Source: an uncultured Bdellovibrionales bacterium (lineage in GTDB: Bacteria; Bdellovibrionota; Bdellovibrionia; Bdellovibrionales; SG-bin7). Taken from it: a stretch of 64,000 nt of DNA. The notes under the pieces were generated by a model. The model saw only the letters and a program-made list of their open reading frames with translations, made no database searches and was not told where the DNA came from. The translations under genes were made by a program, and so were the position numbers. The stretch lies in contig CAZCFY010000001.1 of assembly GCA_964498095.1 (NCBI GenBank), positions 59,386 to 123,385 on the forward strand. The letters are read 5' to 3'. This document shows, piece after piece, positions 1 through 10,600 of this stretch; position 1 is the stretch's first letter, and each line of letters starts with the position of its first letter.

Positions 1-1
1 G

Positions 2-577
2 AGTATCTCAACAGACAATCACGTCAAGGGACTCATTAGCGGAATCATGAATATCTACAACGTCAACTCCATGACCTACTTATATCAAAACGACGTTGAT
101 AAACCCGAAGGCCATTATGATTTACTAAACGGCTGGTTGGTGGGCGTTGAAAATAGCTTCGACAATGCCATGCATATGCGTAATCTTGCCAACCCGAAAT
201 CGTTTTATGCCATTGGGCCAAAAGGGGGTTGGGGGTCCAACATTCACGTTTCGGGTAATGCAGACAATGAAAGATGGGTATTAGTTAGTTCCTACGGTTT
301 CGGAGATAGTTGGGTTGGTAATACTTATCAGTCGGACGGAATTTCAGATAGTAAGCAAATCTTTTTGCCTTTCCAAAATGAAATTTGGCAGTTGGCGACT
401 GATGGTAGTGGCAAGGTCCGCCGTATCGCGCATCACATGTCGGAATCAACTTTTTACGACGCCTACCGAGGAATGCCCAAGGCCAATATCAGTCGCAATG
501 GTCAGTTCGTAATTTACTCCAGCGCTTGGGGTGGCCGCATGGATGTTTACATCGCCCAAATTCCGCCAGCCCCGTAA
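2..577 (+). CDS. C-terminal part of a beta-propeller-like (TolB/oligogalacturonide-lyase-like) protein, truncated at the window edge
   Basis: Frame is open from base 2 (SISTDNHVKG...). Ends with RRIAHH...PKANISRNGQFVIYSSAWGG..DVY, typical of a propeller C-terminal blade. Confidence 0.5.
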   Translation, partial: SISTDNHVKGLISGIMNIYNVNSMTYLYQNDVDKPEGHYDLLNGWLVGVENSFDNAMHMRNLANPKSFYAIGPKGGWGSNIHVSGNADNERWVLVSSYGFGDSWVGNTYQSDGISDSKQIFLPFQNEIWQLATDGSGKVRRIAHHMSESTFYDAYRGMPKANISRNGQFVIYSSAWGGRMDVYIAQIPPAP

Positions 578-791
578 GGGCTGGAGCGCGGGCGTGCCGC
601 GCCTAATCTTCGCAGTAAATTTGCCCCAAAATGAATTTTAGATCCTTTAAATGGGTTTCCGCATTTGCATACACTTTGCAAATTCGAACTGCGGGAGACC
701 TTTATGAGAGTTACTTTGTTATTCCTGTTAATGTGGTTTTCTTGCGCACCGGCGTTTGCCTAATAAAGGCTAAACTTGATTGGAGACGACA

Positions 792-1241
792 ATGGCGGCG
801 AAAACTTTTATACCACCCACCGTAAAGCGTGTGCCGTGGCATACACCCGAATCAGTAAACGCTAAAATCCATGCCAAAACTTTAAAGCGGCTAGAAGAAA
901 TTGGCAGTGATCCCGCGAAAATTTCAGCAAGACTTTCTGAGCTCGATGGGGAATGGGATATTGAGAGGGCCTTAGAAGCCCATGCTGCATCCGTACTGCT
1001 GGGCAGTGCCGTCTTAGGTTCAACAGTCAACAAGAAATGGTTTCTGTTAACGGGCGCCATAGGCGGATTTTTACTCCAACATGTCATTCAAGGGTGGTGT
1101 CCCCCAGTTTCGGTATTACGCCGTTTAGGCTTCCGCACGCAACGAGAAATTGATAACGAGCGGTCCGTATTAATGGCCCGGCTTGGCAGCTTACCTCATG
1201 CAGATACACCCACTGTTGAAGCCTTAATGTTGGTTGACTAA
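792..1241 (+). CDS. DUF2892/YgaP-like membrane protein
   Basis: WDIERAL...two hydrophobic helices...[17 protein letters not shown] motif. GGAG RBS before ATG 792. Confidence 0.75.
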   Translation: MAAKTFIPPTVKRVPWHTPESVNAKIHAKTLKRLEEIGSDPAKISARLSELDGEWDIERALEAHAASVLLGSAVLGSTVNKKWFLLTGAIGGFLLQHVIQGWCPPVSVLRRLGFRTQREIDNERSVLMARLGSLPHADTPTVEALMLVD

Positions 1242-1270
1242 TCGCCGGAATAAAAAATAGAATTTGCCGG

Positions 1271-2803
1271 ATGTCAATAGATCCAAAGATTGAAAACTGT
1301 ATTGAGTTTTTAGAATCCCTTTTAAGCGATAACAAACGCTTTATTGAATTGCCGGAAGAAACCAGGGTTAAATTGTTAACAGCCGCTGGCCGCCTATCGC
1401 GGCCTAATCGTGAATCAACCCGCGCCCGCAACAAAACCTTAAAACAGGTTCGTCAGCAAAAAGTCGCAAATTTGGATCGTCAAGCGCGGGCCTTTACAGG
1501 CATTCGCGAAGCGCGCAAGGAGGCCGTGTTTACAATGCCCCACCAAATTGAGGAGCGCGCCCATGGTCTTGGGAGTGTTATCGAGAGAAAGTTAAATTCC
1601 CCGCGCAACTGTTATGTTTGCAAAACTGAATTTACGTCGCTTCATCATTTTTACGATACGATGTGTCCCTCATGTGCAGAATTTAATTACAAAAAGCGCT
1701 TTCAAATGGCTGATCTCTCCGGCCAGGTAGCCTTAATTACTGGAGCACGGTTAAAGATTGGTTATTACTCCGCACTCATGATGTTACGGGCCGGAGCGCG
1801 AGTAATAGTCACAACGCGCTTTCCTGTCGATGCCGCCGTCCGTTTTGCCAAGGAGAATGATTTTGAAAACTGGGGACAGCGCTTAGATATTTATGGGTTG
1901 GATCTTCGCCATACGCCAAGTGTAGAAGTGTTTACGCAATTTTTTGAACGCACCTATGACCGTCTAGATATTTTAATTAATAATGCCGCTCAAACTGTTC
2001 GCCGGCCACCTGGGTTTTATGCGCATCTTATGAAAAATGAACTGCAAAACTACGAACAGCATCCGTCAAAGGTACAAAAACTTCTGCAGCACTTCGAAAG
2101 TTGTAAACGGAAACTTTCTGAATTTTCAGGCGGGTGCGCGCGGGAGAAGGATTCGAATCTACCAATTGCTTGGAATGGCCAAGAGCCCGCTGTTGGCTTA
2201 AGGGCCTCGGCGCAGCTTTCGCAAATTCCTTATACTTATGACAATTCCCTAAGTGTAGAAAAAGTTTTTCCCGAAGGGAAGCTCGATGCGGATTTGCAAC
2301 AGGTGGATTTAAGGACCGTAAACTCCTGGCGCCTAAAAGTAGATGAAGTTCCAATTCCGGAAATGATGGAAGTTCAACTTGTAAATTCCATAGCGCCGTT
2401 TGTACTCTGTTCGCGTTTAATTCCGCTGATGAAACGCGATAATACGGGAAAAAAACACATCGTAAATGTGACCGCCATGGAAGGAAAGTTTTACCGCTTT
2501 AAGAAAAATGCCCGTCATCCCCATACAAATATGGCTAAAGCGGCGCTAAATATGTTAACCCACACCTCGGCGGGAGAGTTAGCTTTGCACGGAATTTACA
2601 TGAATGCCGTGGACACCGGATGGGTAACCGATGAAGACCCGGCGCAACTTTCTCAACATAAACAGGATGTCCATGATTTTCAGCCGCCATTGGATATCGT
2701 CGATGGAGCCGCTCGGGTTTGCGATCCATTTTTTGATGGAATTAACACGGGCAAACACTGGTGCGGGAAGTTTTTAAAAGACTATTTTCCAACGGATTGG
2801 TGA
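1271..2803 (+). CDS. SDR-family oxidoreductase with N-terminal extension and CxxC..CxxC zinc motif
   Basis: [54 protein letters not shown]...CPSC upstream. Confidence 0.85.
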   Translation: MSIDPKIENCIEFLESLLSDNKRFIELPEETRVKLLTAAGRLSRPNRESTRARNKTLKQVRQQKVANLDRQARAFTGIREARKEAVFTMPHQIEERAHGLGSVIERKLNSPRNCYVCKTEFTSLHHFYDTMCPSCAEFNYKKRFQMADLSGQVALITGARLKIGYYSALMMLRAGARVIVTTRFPVDAAVRFAKENDFENWGQRLDIYGLDLRHTPSVEVFTQFFERTYDRLDILINNAAQTVRRPPGFYAHLMKNELQNYEQHPSKVQKLLQHFESCKRKLSEFSGGCAREKDSNLPIAWNGQEPAVGLRASAQLSQIPYTYDNSLSVEKVFPEGKLDADLQQVDLRTVNSWRLKVDEVPIPEMMEVQLVNSIAPFVLCSRLIPLMKRDNTGKKHIVNVTAMEGKFYRFKKNARHPHTNMAKAALNMLTHTSAGELALHGIYMNAVDTGWVTDEDPAQLSQHKQDVHDFQPPLDIVDGAARVCDPFFDGINTGKHWCGKFLKDYFPTDW

Positions 2804-2819
2804 GTAAGCCCGCGCGCAA

Positions 2820-5060
2820 TTATAAGCTAGCTAAAACTTCAATGAGCCGCGCTTTATCAATTGGTTTTGTAATGTAGTTTGTGAAGCCGGAGCGGAGAGC
2901 CTCTTCTTTATCCGTTTTCATCGCGTGGGCGGTTACCGCGATTATGGGTTTGTCGTAACCCTGTTTACGTAAAGCGTGAGTTGCTTCATTGCCGTCCATT
3001 CCCGGCATTTGAATATCCATAAGGACAACGTCATATTTTCCTTTTAGCGCCGCTTCAACTCCGGTAATTCCATCAGAAGCTTCAACGACATTTGCGCCCG
3101 CAAGAGTCAAATAATGTTGCATTACAAAGCGAATATCCGAAGAGTCGTCAACGAGAAGAATATTTTTTCCTGTTAATGGCTGTTCGAGTTTCTGCTGGAG
3201 TGTTTTTTGCATCTTATAAGATGCCAATTTCTTATCAGGAACCGTAATTCTAAAAACGCTACCTTGGCCAATATCGGAGCGTATTAATTCCATATCACCA
3301 CCCAGGGCTTGGGCAACCTTCTTGGACAGCACTAAACCAATTCCTGTTCCGCCAAAACGGCGGCTCATCGAGCTATCGGCTTGAGAAAAAGGCTTAAATA
3401 GTCTTTGTTGCTGTTCCGTATTCATTCCAATTCCCGTATCGGAAACAGTAAATTCGAGATAACTCTTGTCATCCTTACCGGTCATTCTCGTCGTAACCTT
3501 AACTTCACCTCGGCTGGTGAATTTGATGGCGTTACTTATGACGTTGATTAGAATTTGACGAATTCTAAGGGCATCATTAAACGCAAGGTCTGGAATGTGT
3601 CCGCGGTTATCAAAGACAAGAGAAATTCCCTTTTTCTTACTCCTAACTTCGAAGAATGCGTCGAGATCTTTAAGAAGATTCTTTGGCTGAAAAGGTTTTA
3701 CCTCAATTTGTAAGGCGCCAGCTTCAATTTTTGAGAGGTCGAGAATTTGGTCGATTAGAGAAGAAAGGTATTCAGCGTTACCTTGCATCCTTTCTATCAA
3801 GTCTTGCTTTTCTGTGGCCGAGATTTTTTGATCTCCGAGTAAATCTAAAATTCCCAGAATAACACCTAACGGGGTACGAAGTTCGTGATTCATGTTGGCT
3901 AAAAATTCGCTCTTGGCTAAGTTGGCTTTTTCCGCCTCTAGCTGCGCCGACTGCGCGCGGGATAAACTTTGTTTTAAGTCGCGCTCTTTTTGTTGAATAA
4001 GTTCAGCGGCGGCGACAAGATTTTTACCGAGCTGTTCCACTTCACTAACCCGAGAAGGCTCAATAATGGGAGTCTGGCCGCGGGCGAGCAAAGAAGCACC
4101 GGCTGCCGCTCCACGAATTTTCCGGGCAAGCTTGCGGGAATAATTTAGGGCAATTCCCCCGAAAGTTACAATTAGCAGAAGGCCAAAGGCAGAAAGAATT
4201 ATTGAAGCCTTCCGTGTTTGGGCTTCAAAGGTCTTTATCGGAAGGCCGACAGCAACAATCCATCCAGATAGTGGAGACTGATAATAAGAAAAATAGATTG
4301 GCTCACCATCAATGGAGGGAGAGCGGGCTAAACCCATCGGAGAGGTCTTTACTAAGTCCAAAAAAAACCCTGGCGCGGGGCTGCCCACGTAATCATCGGG
4401 ATTTCGGCTTCTGGCAACGATGAAACCGTTTTTATCTATTACTGTGCGGGTCCACTCCTCAGTCGCCCCCGGAGGCGATGTGGTGATTAGGTTTTGCATA
4501 GATTCAGGAGAGACTATGGCGGTTAATGAGTAAGCTACTTTGCCTTTGTCGTAAATCGGCACGCGCACGGGAAAAGCCAAGCGGCCAGGAAAGCTAGCCT
4601 CCGAAGAACCTTTAGCCAAAGTACCAATGGTAGGCAGTCCTGTTGCAAATAGTTCCTCCAAGCTTTTAGGTTCCACCGGTAAACTCATTCTTTCCTCAAA
4701 AGGCTTTAGGGCACTTAAGATTAATTTTAAGTCGCGAGAGTGTAAAACAATGGTTAACCAGTTTGGTTGAGTTTTTAAGATATCTAGCATTTCGTGATGA
4801 AATGCCCGCATGTCCTTGCGCTTTAGCTCGTCATTTGCGGCGATGGCCTGAAGGGTCTTAATCGTTGATTCAAGTTCGCGGTCTAACGAAATAGCTAAAT
4901 CACGCGCCGAGCGCGATAATTGTTGTTCGGAATCAACGCGCTCGTTATTTACCAGCCAGCTCACCAAAATTCCGGCAAAAATAAAAAATGGAATCATGGC
5001 GGCAAGTACTAGCCCCACTAAGTGCAAACTTAAGGCGTAGGATTTTCGCTGAACTTTCAT
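2820..5060 (-). CDS. Hybrid sensor histidine kinase (Cache-like sensor, HisKA, HATPase, REC)
   Basis: Two TM helices. FLANMNHELRTP, QILINVISNAIKFT, DTGIG, GGTGIGL. C-terminal ILLVDD...DIQMP...KP. Confidence 0.93.
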   Translation of the reverse strand: MKVQRKSYALSLHLVGLVLAAMIPFFIFAGILVSWLVNNERVDSEQQLSRSARDLAISLDRELESTIKTLQAIAANDELKRKDMRAFHHEMLDILKTQPNWLTIVLHSRDLKLILSALKPFEERMSLPVEPKSLEELFATGLPTIGTLAKGSSEASFPGRLAFPVRVPIYDKGKVAYSLTAIVSPESMQNLITTSPPGATEEWTRTVIDKNGFIVARSRNPDDYVGSPAPGFFLDLVKTSPMGLARSPSIDGEPIYFSYYQSPLSGWIVAVGLPIKTFEAQTRKASIILSAFGLLLIVTFGGIALNYSRKLARKIRGAAAGASLLARGQTPIIEPSRVSEVEQLGKNLVAAAELIQQKERDLKQSLSRAQSAQLEAEKANLAKSEFLANMNHELRTPLGVILGILDLLGDQKISATEKQDLIERMQGNAEYLSSLIDQILDLSKIEAGALQIEVKPFQPKNLLKDLDAFFEVRSKKKGISLVFDNRGHIPDLAFNDALRIRQILINVISNAIKFTSRGEVKVTTRMTGKDDKSYLEFTVSDTGIGMNTEQQQRLFKPFSQADSSMSRRFGGTGIGLVLSKKVAQALGGDMELIRSDIGQGSVFRITVPDKKLASYKMQKTLQQKLEQPLTGKNILLVDDSSDIRFVMQHYLTLAGANVVEASDGITGVEAALKGKYDVVLMDIQMPGMDGNEATHALRKQGYDKPIIAVTAHAMKTDKEEALRSGFTNYITKPIDKARLIEVLASL

Positions 5061-5184
5061 GGTGCCAGTGTTTTACGTAAAGACCACGGAGTAGTCTACT
5101 TTAAGATTAATGGGTTATGAATACTCCAACGAATTGGGGCAAAACTACCCAGACAAGTTTTCAATAACGATTCTAAGTAGACAG

Positions 5185-5457
5185 TTATTTGTAGCGTTGA
5201 ATGAGATGATAGCCAAAACGCGTACGTACGGGCATGGAGATTTCGTCTACCTTTAAAGCGAAGGCCGCGGAAGAAAAGGCTTCCACCATGCGCCCGTAGG
5301 TAAATTCTCCCAAATCGCCGCCGTTTTTTCCGGAGGGACATTTAGAAAACTTCTGTGCCAGTTCGGAGAAGGATTTACCGTCACCAAGAAGTTTTAGTAA
5401 ATCTTTTGCTTCATATTCGTTAGTTACCAATATGTGGCGTGCCGCGATCTTTTCCAT
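5185..5457 (-). CDS. ppiC: Parvulin-type peptidyl-prolyl isomerase
   Basis: AARHILV, FSELAQKFSKCPSGKNGGDLGEF, FGYHLI. True start is ATG at 5457. Confidence 0.9.
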   Translation of the reverse strand: MEKIAARHILVTNEYEAKDLLKLLGDGKSFSELAQKFSKCPSGKNGGDLGEFTYGRMVEAFSSAAFALKVDEISMPVRTRFGYHLIQRYK

Positions 5458-5461
5458 AGTA

Positions 5462-6406
5462 TTAATTAAACCAACAAGAGGATTGATCGCTGAGCCCGGG
5501 ATCTTCAGGACCTTTTGGCTTAGCAATGGTTACGGAGTGAATTTTTCCTTCAAATACCATTATCGATAAGTTTGCGACATGGCCTCGGTCGTTCGCTAGT
5601 AAAGTATGAATGCTGGTGAATCCTTGATTAAAGGCAAAGATTGTACTCTTTGGGGAAATCGTGAAATTGCCTTTTTTACCAAGGGCTTGAGTAATCTCAA
5701 ATTTTAAAACTTCTTTCTCATTCGTGACTTTCAGCTGACACTCATTTTCGGCGCTAAAATCATAACCCTTTATTTCGTTTCCGTTAAAATGTTTTAAGAC
5801 ACTTAAAGCATTTGATGAAACCTGACTAACAGCCACATTATAGCTTCTTGCGGGGCTTTTTTGACTAGAAGAAAGCTCAACAGTGCCCATGGGAGGTAAA
5901 TCATTAAGAGATTTCGTTAACGTTAATAAAAGAAAATCGGAGTTTTGGCCAGCAACAATAAAACCCAGACCCTCTAAGTGCATTATCTCGTTACGTGTCC
6001 AGTAATCACCATTGATTTCTGTGGAATATACGATATTTCCTTCGCCTTTAGCAAATTCGATATAGGTAAAGCTGAATTGGTTAAGGAGCGTGAGTGTTAA
6101 TTGAACTCTATAACCACGGTCTGGTTCCCCATTTTCTAAACGCGACCAAACTCCACTCCCGGTATAAATAGGATACTTTATTTCGGAATTAAAAATTAAG
6201 CTGGAAAAATAACTGCTGCGCGATAGCCGCGCCAGGGACTGCATTAGTTTCTTTCCGGATTCAGCTAAGCGCACCTTCATGTCTTCGGGAATCTCATATT
6301 TAGAGGGTTCAAATTTCGGCATCTTTGGTGTCTCGGGAATTTTGGGACCGAGACATGCCGTTAAAGTTAGAACCGCGCTAAAAATTAGAATTATTTTTGT
6401 TTTCAT
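5462..6406 (-). CDS. Hypothetical lipoprotein
   Basis: 314-aa ORF with MKTK + hydrophobic stretch + LTAC lipobox. Confidence 0.7.
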   Translation of the reverse strand: MKTKIILIFSAVLTLTACLGPKIPETPKMPKFEPSKYEIPEDMKVRLAESGKKLMQSLARLSRSSYFSSLIFNSEIKYPIYTGSGVWSRLENGEPDRGYRVQLTLTLLNQFSFTYIEFAKGEGNIVYSTEINGDYWTRNEIMHLEGLGFIVAGQNSDFLLLTLTKSLNDLPPMGTVELSSSQKSPARSYNVAVSQVSSNALSVLKHFNGNEIKGYDFSAENECQLKVTNEKEVLKFEITQALGKKGNFTISPKSTIFAFNQGFTSIHTLLANDRGHVANLSIMVFEGKIHSVTIAKPKGPEDPGLSDQSSCWFN

Positions 6407-6544
6407 AATCCGCCAGTTATAGCAGAGTGTTATTCGCTTTTGTTTTAGAAATTTCTTTATATGAACTTCTTTTAAATTGTCAAAAAATCATATCTTGAAA
6501 ACGGCAAAGCTCATTGTATATTCGCGTGCTAAACTGAGGTCGAC

Positions 6545-7732
6545 ATGAGATTCAAAACCGTACTTATCGCGCCAACCCTGTTAGTTCTATCCTTTCTCTT
6601 TAATTCCCCCGTATCAGAAGCAAAACCCTACAAGCGGGCGGTTATCTTTTCAGGTGGGGGATATCAGTTTTCCCAGTTTTTAGGGGTCATGGAAGCGCTT
6701 GAAGAGGCCGGCAAAAAACCCGATCTTATCATTGCCTCCTGCGGTGGCGGCCTTGCTGCGGCTTTGGTTGCGAATCTCCCGACAGCTAAAATGCGCCGCG
6801 ATTTTATCATGTCCCCGGGCTTTAAAAATATGCTGAGGTCTACAAACGCAACTCCAAAAATAAATAGCCTTACCTCTCTTATCTCCTGGCTTATGCGCCG
6901 AAAACAAGAAGGAGATGAGCGCTTGGTTCCCAGTATATTTGAGGAGCACCTGGTAAATGTTCCCGATGTCTTGCCCATGGAAGAATTTAATCGCTCGTTT
7001 TCATCGTCATCTCTACCTGTCGTTATCGTCGGCGCGAAAGTATTATTTTCTAAAGAAAAGATAGGTCACCGTTTTACGCCGAAGGAAAAACTTTACCGCG
7101 AAGTGCTATTCACTAGTCCCGACGTGGCTAGATATTTCAAGGAAGTCGTTACATCGCAAGGTACTTGGACGGAGCGGTCGTCCATTGAGTCAAAGGCTGA
7201 AGTGGTTACCGATATTTCTTTAACGGAAGCGGCCCGTGCGGCCATCAGTAGCCCGTTTTTCTTTAGACCTGCATTCCTCAATGGAGAGTACTATGTTGGT
7301 GGGACGGTAAATCTTTATCCGCTTGAGCTCGCAAAATCCCTAGCTGACGAAGTAATAACCAGTTTTGGTGATGATTTTAGTGAAATTGCGGGCGTTCCCG
7401 TTGTTAAAGCTACCTATCAGTTTAATCCCAATGAGCGGCTCCAAAACGTCAATGATATGTATGCCGATTATTGGATTGATAATTCTGACCGCGAGACGTT
7501 CTTAAATAAAAAAACGGGATTTGGTTTAACGAACTCGGGGATGAAAGTTTACTTTAGAATGCCCGCCGATGACGTTCAATTCGATCGCGATGTCATGGCT
7601 CACTTTAACTATGGAAAATCCCGGGCGCTAGAAGCGTTATCACAAAAGAACAAAAATGCAAAGTGCCACATGCGCACCATGAACTCCAAAAACAGTTCAT
7701 GGTGGCTGCGGCAAATGTGTCGGCGGGGTTAG
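6545..7732 (+). CDS. Secreted patatin-like protein (atypical catalytic motifs)
   Basis: Signal peptide, FSGGG oxyanion loop, PDLIIASCGG nucleophile elbow, AARAAISSPFFFRP, YVGG in place of DGG. Confidence 0.8.
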   Translation: MRFKTVLIAPTLLVLSFLFNSPVSEAKPYKRAVIFSGGGYQFSQFLGVMEALEEAGKKPDLIIASCGGGLAAALVANLPTAKMRRDFIMSPGFKNMLRSTNATPKINSLTSLISWLMRRKQEGDERLVPSIFEEHLVNVPDVLPMEEFNRSFSSSSLPVVIVGAKVLFSKEKIGHRFTPKEKLYREVLFTSPDVARYFKEVVTSQGTWTERSSIESKAEVVTDISLTEAARAAISSPFFFRPAFLNGEYYVGGTVNLYPLELAKSLADEVITSFGDDFSEIAGVPVVKATYQFNPNERLQNVNDMYADYWIDNSDRETFLNKKTGFGLTNSGMKVYFRMPADDVQFDRDVMAHFNYGKSRALEALSQKNKNAKCHMRTMNSKNSSWWLRQMCRRG

Positions 7733-9348
7733 AGCTGAAAGTTACGAATAAAGCCATGTAGCGATTCATTTGTCGTACGCACGGCGCTAGGAGCTGCTTT
7801 ATTGGCAACTTCAATTATTCCGGCGATAATTGAACGGTAAATAATAACCCCGTCCGTGAGTGGTCCAGAAATATTATCACCGTCAATATCAAACATTCCT
7901 CTACTCATCATTTCATCAAGATAGGCCATAATAGCTTCGGAACGATTGCGTTGCGATAAAGAAGTTACAAGGCCATCCACAAGTTGTGCTCCTGAATACT
8001 GTCCCAAATACCTTATGACCAGGTAAGCGTCATTGGCGTCAACCTTACCATCCATGTCTATATCCCAGGGACTGTTATTAAAATCATAAGCGAGAACTTT
8101 CATATAAGATTGTACCAAATCTCCAGTGTTGCGGAGACCCACAGGATTAATTACGCCGGAAATCAAAGATTCGCCGCTGTAACCCTGCGCATAGCGAAGT
8201 ATAAGTAACCCGTCTGTTAAAGCATCACTGCGCCCGTCATTGTCGATATGGAGGGCCGTATGAATGGCAGTTAAATAATTCTTCATCGCGACGGCATCAC
8301 GTTTATCATCGCTTAGGTTTGTATTTGAAGTCAGTGAACTGCCAGAAAAACCAAAAAGGTGACGTAAAGTAACCATGGCATCATCGTAGTTAAACGAGCC
8401 GTTGCCATCAATATCTAGTAAGCTCAATTGCATGCTCGGAAGTAAGTTTAATTTTATGTCCACGCGTGCCGTCCCGGACTGCAAGAGTCCGTCAGAGACG
8501 GCATAATCAAAGGAGTCCTGGCCATAATACCCAACCTGCGGGATATATGAAAATGTACCGTCATCATTAAGTTTAAGACCACCATGTTTGGGCCGAGTAA
8601 CTAGAATGAATGAGACAACATCTCCATCGGGGTCGATTGCGCCCAATTGTCTATTGAAAACCGATTCGTTTTCATTGATCTCTACGAGGAGATTATTAGA
8701 CACCGGCGCATCATTTAGCGGCGCAATTGCGATTTTAACGGTTGCTATATTTGATTCCGAAATCCCGTCATGAGCGATAAAGGTAAAACTGTCCTCGCCA
8801 TTAACGTCGATGTTGGGGCTATAAGTAAATGCTCCGGTAATTTCGTTTACACTTAACGTTCCGCGGGATGGCCACGAGTTAACTAGATACTTTAGGGGGG
8901 CTGCTGAAGCTGCCCTCAGTATACCTTGAACTGACGAATCTTCATTTGTGGCCATAGCTAAGCTTGACGCCATAGGAGCCTGATATTTCTGAACCGAAAT
9001 GTAATAAGTGTTTGATATTTTCAAATAGTTGCCAAACTGAGTTTTCTCGTAATAGGAAAAATTAAAAAACTCAGACGCGTTAACACTTATTGCGTTTGGT
9101 TTGTATTCTATATGGTTGCTGCTGCTTCCAGCCGCGTAATTGACTTTTGCGATGCCATAACGTGGCTGGTAAAAAAATAGGTTTATCAGGTTTGGCGGGA
9201 GCGGTAGCTTTAGCGTCGCCGGCGCCTGCACGTCACACATATAGGATTTCAAGGTTGAAGAAAGGTAGCGAACACGGCAGCTATTTGTCGCTGCGTTGGC
9301 TTGTGTGAAATTGATAATCCCCAATATTAAAACTAATAGAAATTTCAT
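7729..9348 (-). CDS. Secreted protein with two Ig-like (tandem-95/Big_9-like) repeats and four dockerin-like Ca-binding repeats
   Basis: G.L.....G.F.Y.P....G.DSF repeats. DxDxxG...D....RY repeats x4. Signal peptide from MKF at 9348. Confidence 0.75.
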   Translation of the reverse strand: MKFLLVLILGIINFTQANAATNSCRVRYLSSTLKSYMCDVQAPATLKLPLPPNLINLFFYQPRYGIAKVNYAAGSSSNHIEYKPNAISVNASEFFNFSYYEKTQFGNYLKISNTYYISVQKYQAPMASSLAMATNEDSSVQGILRAASAAPLKYLVNSWPSRGTLSVNEITGAFTYSPNIDVNGEDSFTFIAHDGISESNIATVKIAIAPLNDAPVSNNLLVEINENESVFNRQLGAIDPDGDVVSFILVTRPKHGGLKLNDDGTFSYIPQVGYYGQDSFDYAVSDGLLQSGTARVDIKLNLLPSMQLSLLDIDGNGSFNYDDAMVTLRHLFGFSGSSLTSNTNLSDDKRDAVAMKNYLTAIHTALHIDNDGRSDALTDGLLILRYAQGYSGESLISGVINPVGLRNTGDLVQSYMKVLAYDFNNSPWDIDMDGKVDANDAYLVIRYLGQYSGAQLVDGLVTSLSQRNRSEAIMAYLDEMMSRGMFDIDGDNISGPLTDGVIIYRSIIAGIIEVANKAAPSAVRTTNESLHGFIRNFQL

Positions 9349-9455
9349 CTTACATCCCCCCAAGTTAATTGATCTGACCTTTATAGGTTAGCTTTGTGGA
9401 GTGGATAAATTAACTGTAATAATTGAGCTAAAAGAGATCCATTTCGATACGGTTT

Positions 9456-10568
9456 TTACTTTTGAGACGCGTGTTTCGGCAGTCTTAGCACAAAAGTGGT
9501 GTTGCGGGCGCTGTCGTCAAATAAAAGATCACCACCATGTTCGATGGCTAGCCCCTTGGCAATACTTAATCCCAAACCTGTGCCAAAGCCAAATTCCTTA
9601 GTGGTAAAAAAAGAATCAAATAGGTGATTGCGCACCTCTGTCGGCATGCCTTGCCCGCTATCGGTAACTTTAAACTCTATTTCGTTATCTGAATCTGTTA
9701 CTTCTAAACGGATCCATTTCTCATTAAGGTTTGCAACTGCATCAAAGGCATTGTTGAGCAGGTTAATAAGTATTTGAGAGATTTGATAAGGCCGGCACTG
9801 AATTTTTAAAGAGGCTTTGACCTGGGGAAACGTTAAATTTATATGGCGTTTTTCCATGCGTCCCCGGCAAAGCTCCCAGAGCTCCGCTAAAAGTTCACTG
9901 ACCGAAGTTTGTACTTTAGGATCATGACTGCTTTGTCGCGCGAAGGCCAATAATCCTTTAACGATTTTTTGAATTCGGACTACCGCATCTTCTATGGATT
10001 TAAGATTTTTATTCCAATCCGTGCCGCTGGTTTGTCTCGACTCTGCGAGTGTCCGTAAAAGATATTGGTGGGCATGAATTACGGCGAGAGGGTTATTAAT
10101 TTCGTGGGCAATGCCACCGGCCATTTCGCCAACGGCGGCCATGCGGGCTGTACGTAAAAGCATTTTTCGGGACGCCTCTAGTTCTTCCTCCGCTTTAACT
10201 TTGTCAGTAACGTCTATCGCGATTCCGCCCATGGCCCAGACTTTTCCATCTTTGTCGAAATAGGGAAACTTATGCGATTCATATAGCCTAGGTGTGCCGT
10301 TATAATCGATGACTGTTTCGATAATTATTTTTGGACTGCGGCTCTCGATAACCTCTAGGTCATTGCGGCGAAGATGATCACAAATTTCCTTGGGAAATAA
10401 ATCGGAATCATTTTTTCCGATTACAAATTTTCGTTCCCAATTAAAGAGTTTTTCAAAAGCCGTATTGATTGCGATATATCTGCCGTCAATGTGTTTGGCG
10501 AAGAATACGGCAGGCAAATTATCGATTGTATCTTGTAAAAATCCCTCGGGCGGGTGACTGACATTCAT
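9456..10568 (-). CDS. PAS sensor histidine kinase (cytoplasmic)
   Basis: PAS/PAC N-terminus, GGIAHEINNPL, QILINLLNNAFDA, DSGQG, GTGLGL. Confidence 0.92.
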   Translation of the reverse strand: MNVSHPPEGFLQDTIDNLPAVFFAKHIDGRYIAINTAFEKLFNWERKFVIGKNDSDLFPKEICDHLRRNDLEVIESRSPKIIIETVIDYNGTPRLYESHKFPYFDKDGKVWAMGGIAIDVTDKVKAEEELEASRKMLLRTARMAAVGEMAGGIAHEINNPLAVIHAHQYLLRTLAESRQTSGTDWNKNLKSIEDAVVRIQKIVKGLLAFARQSSHDPKVQTSVSELLAELWELCRGRMEKRHINLTFPQVKASLKIQCRPYQISQILINLLNNAFDAVANLNEKWIRLEVTDSDNEIEFKVTDSGQGMPTEVRNHLFDSFFTTKEFGFGTGLGLSIAKGLAIEHGGDLLFDDSARNTTFVLRLPKHASQK

Positions 10569-10600
10569 ATTTTAAAGCTAGCCCACCGAAAGCTAAGAGT

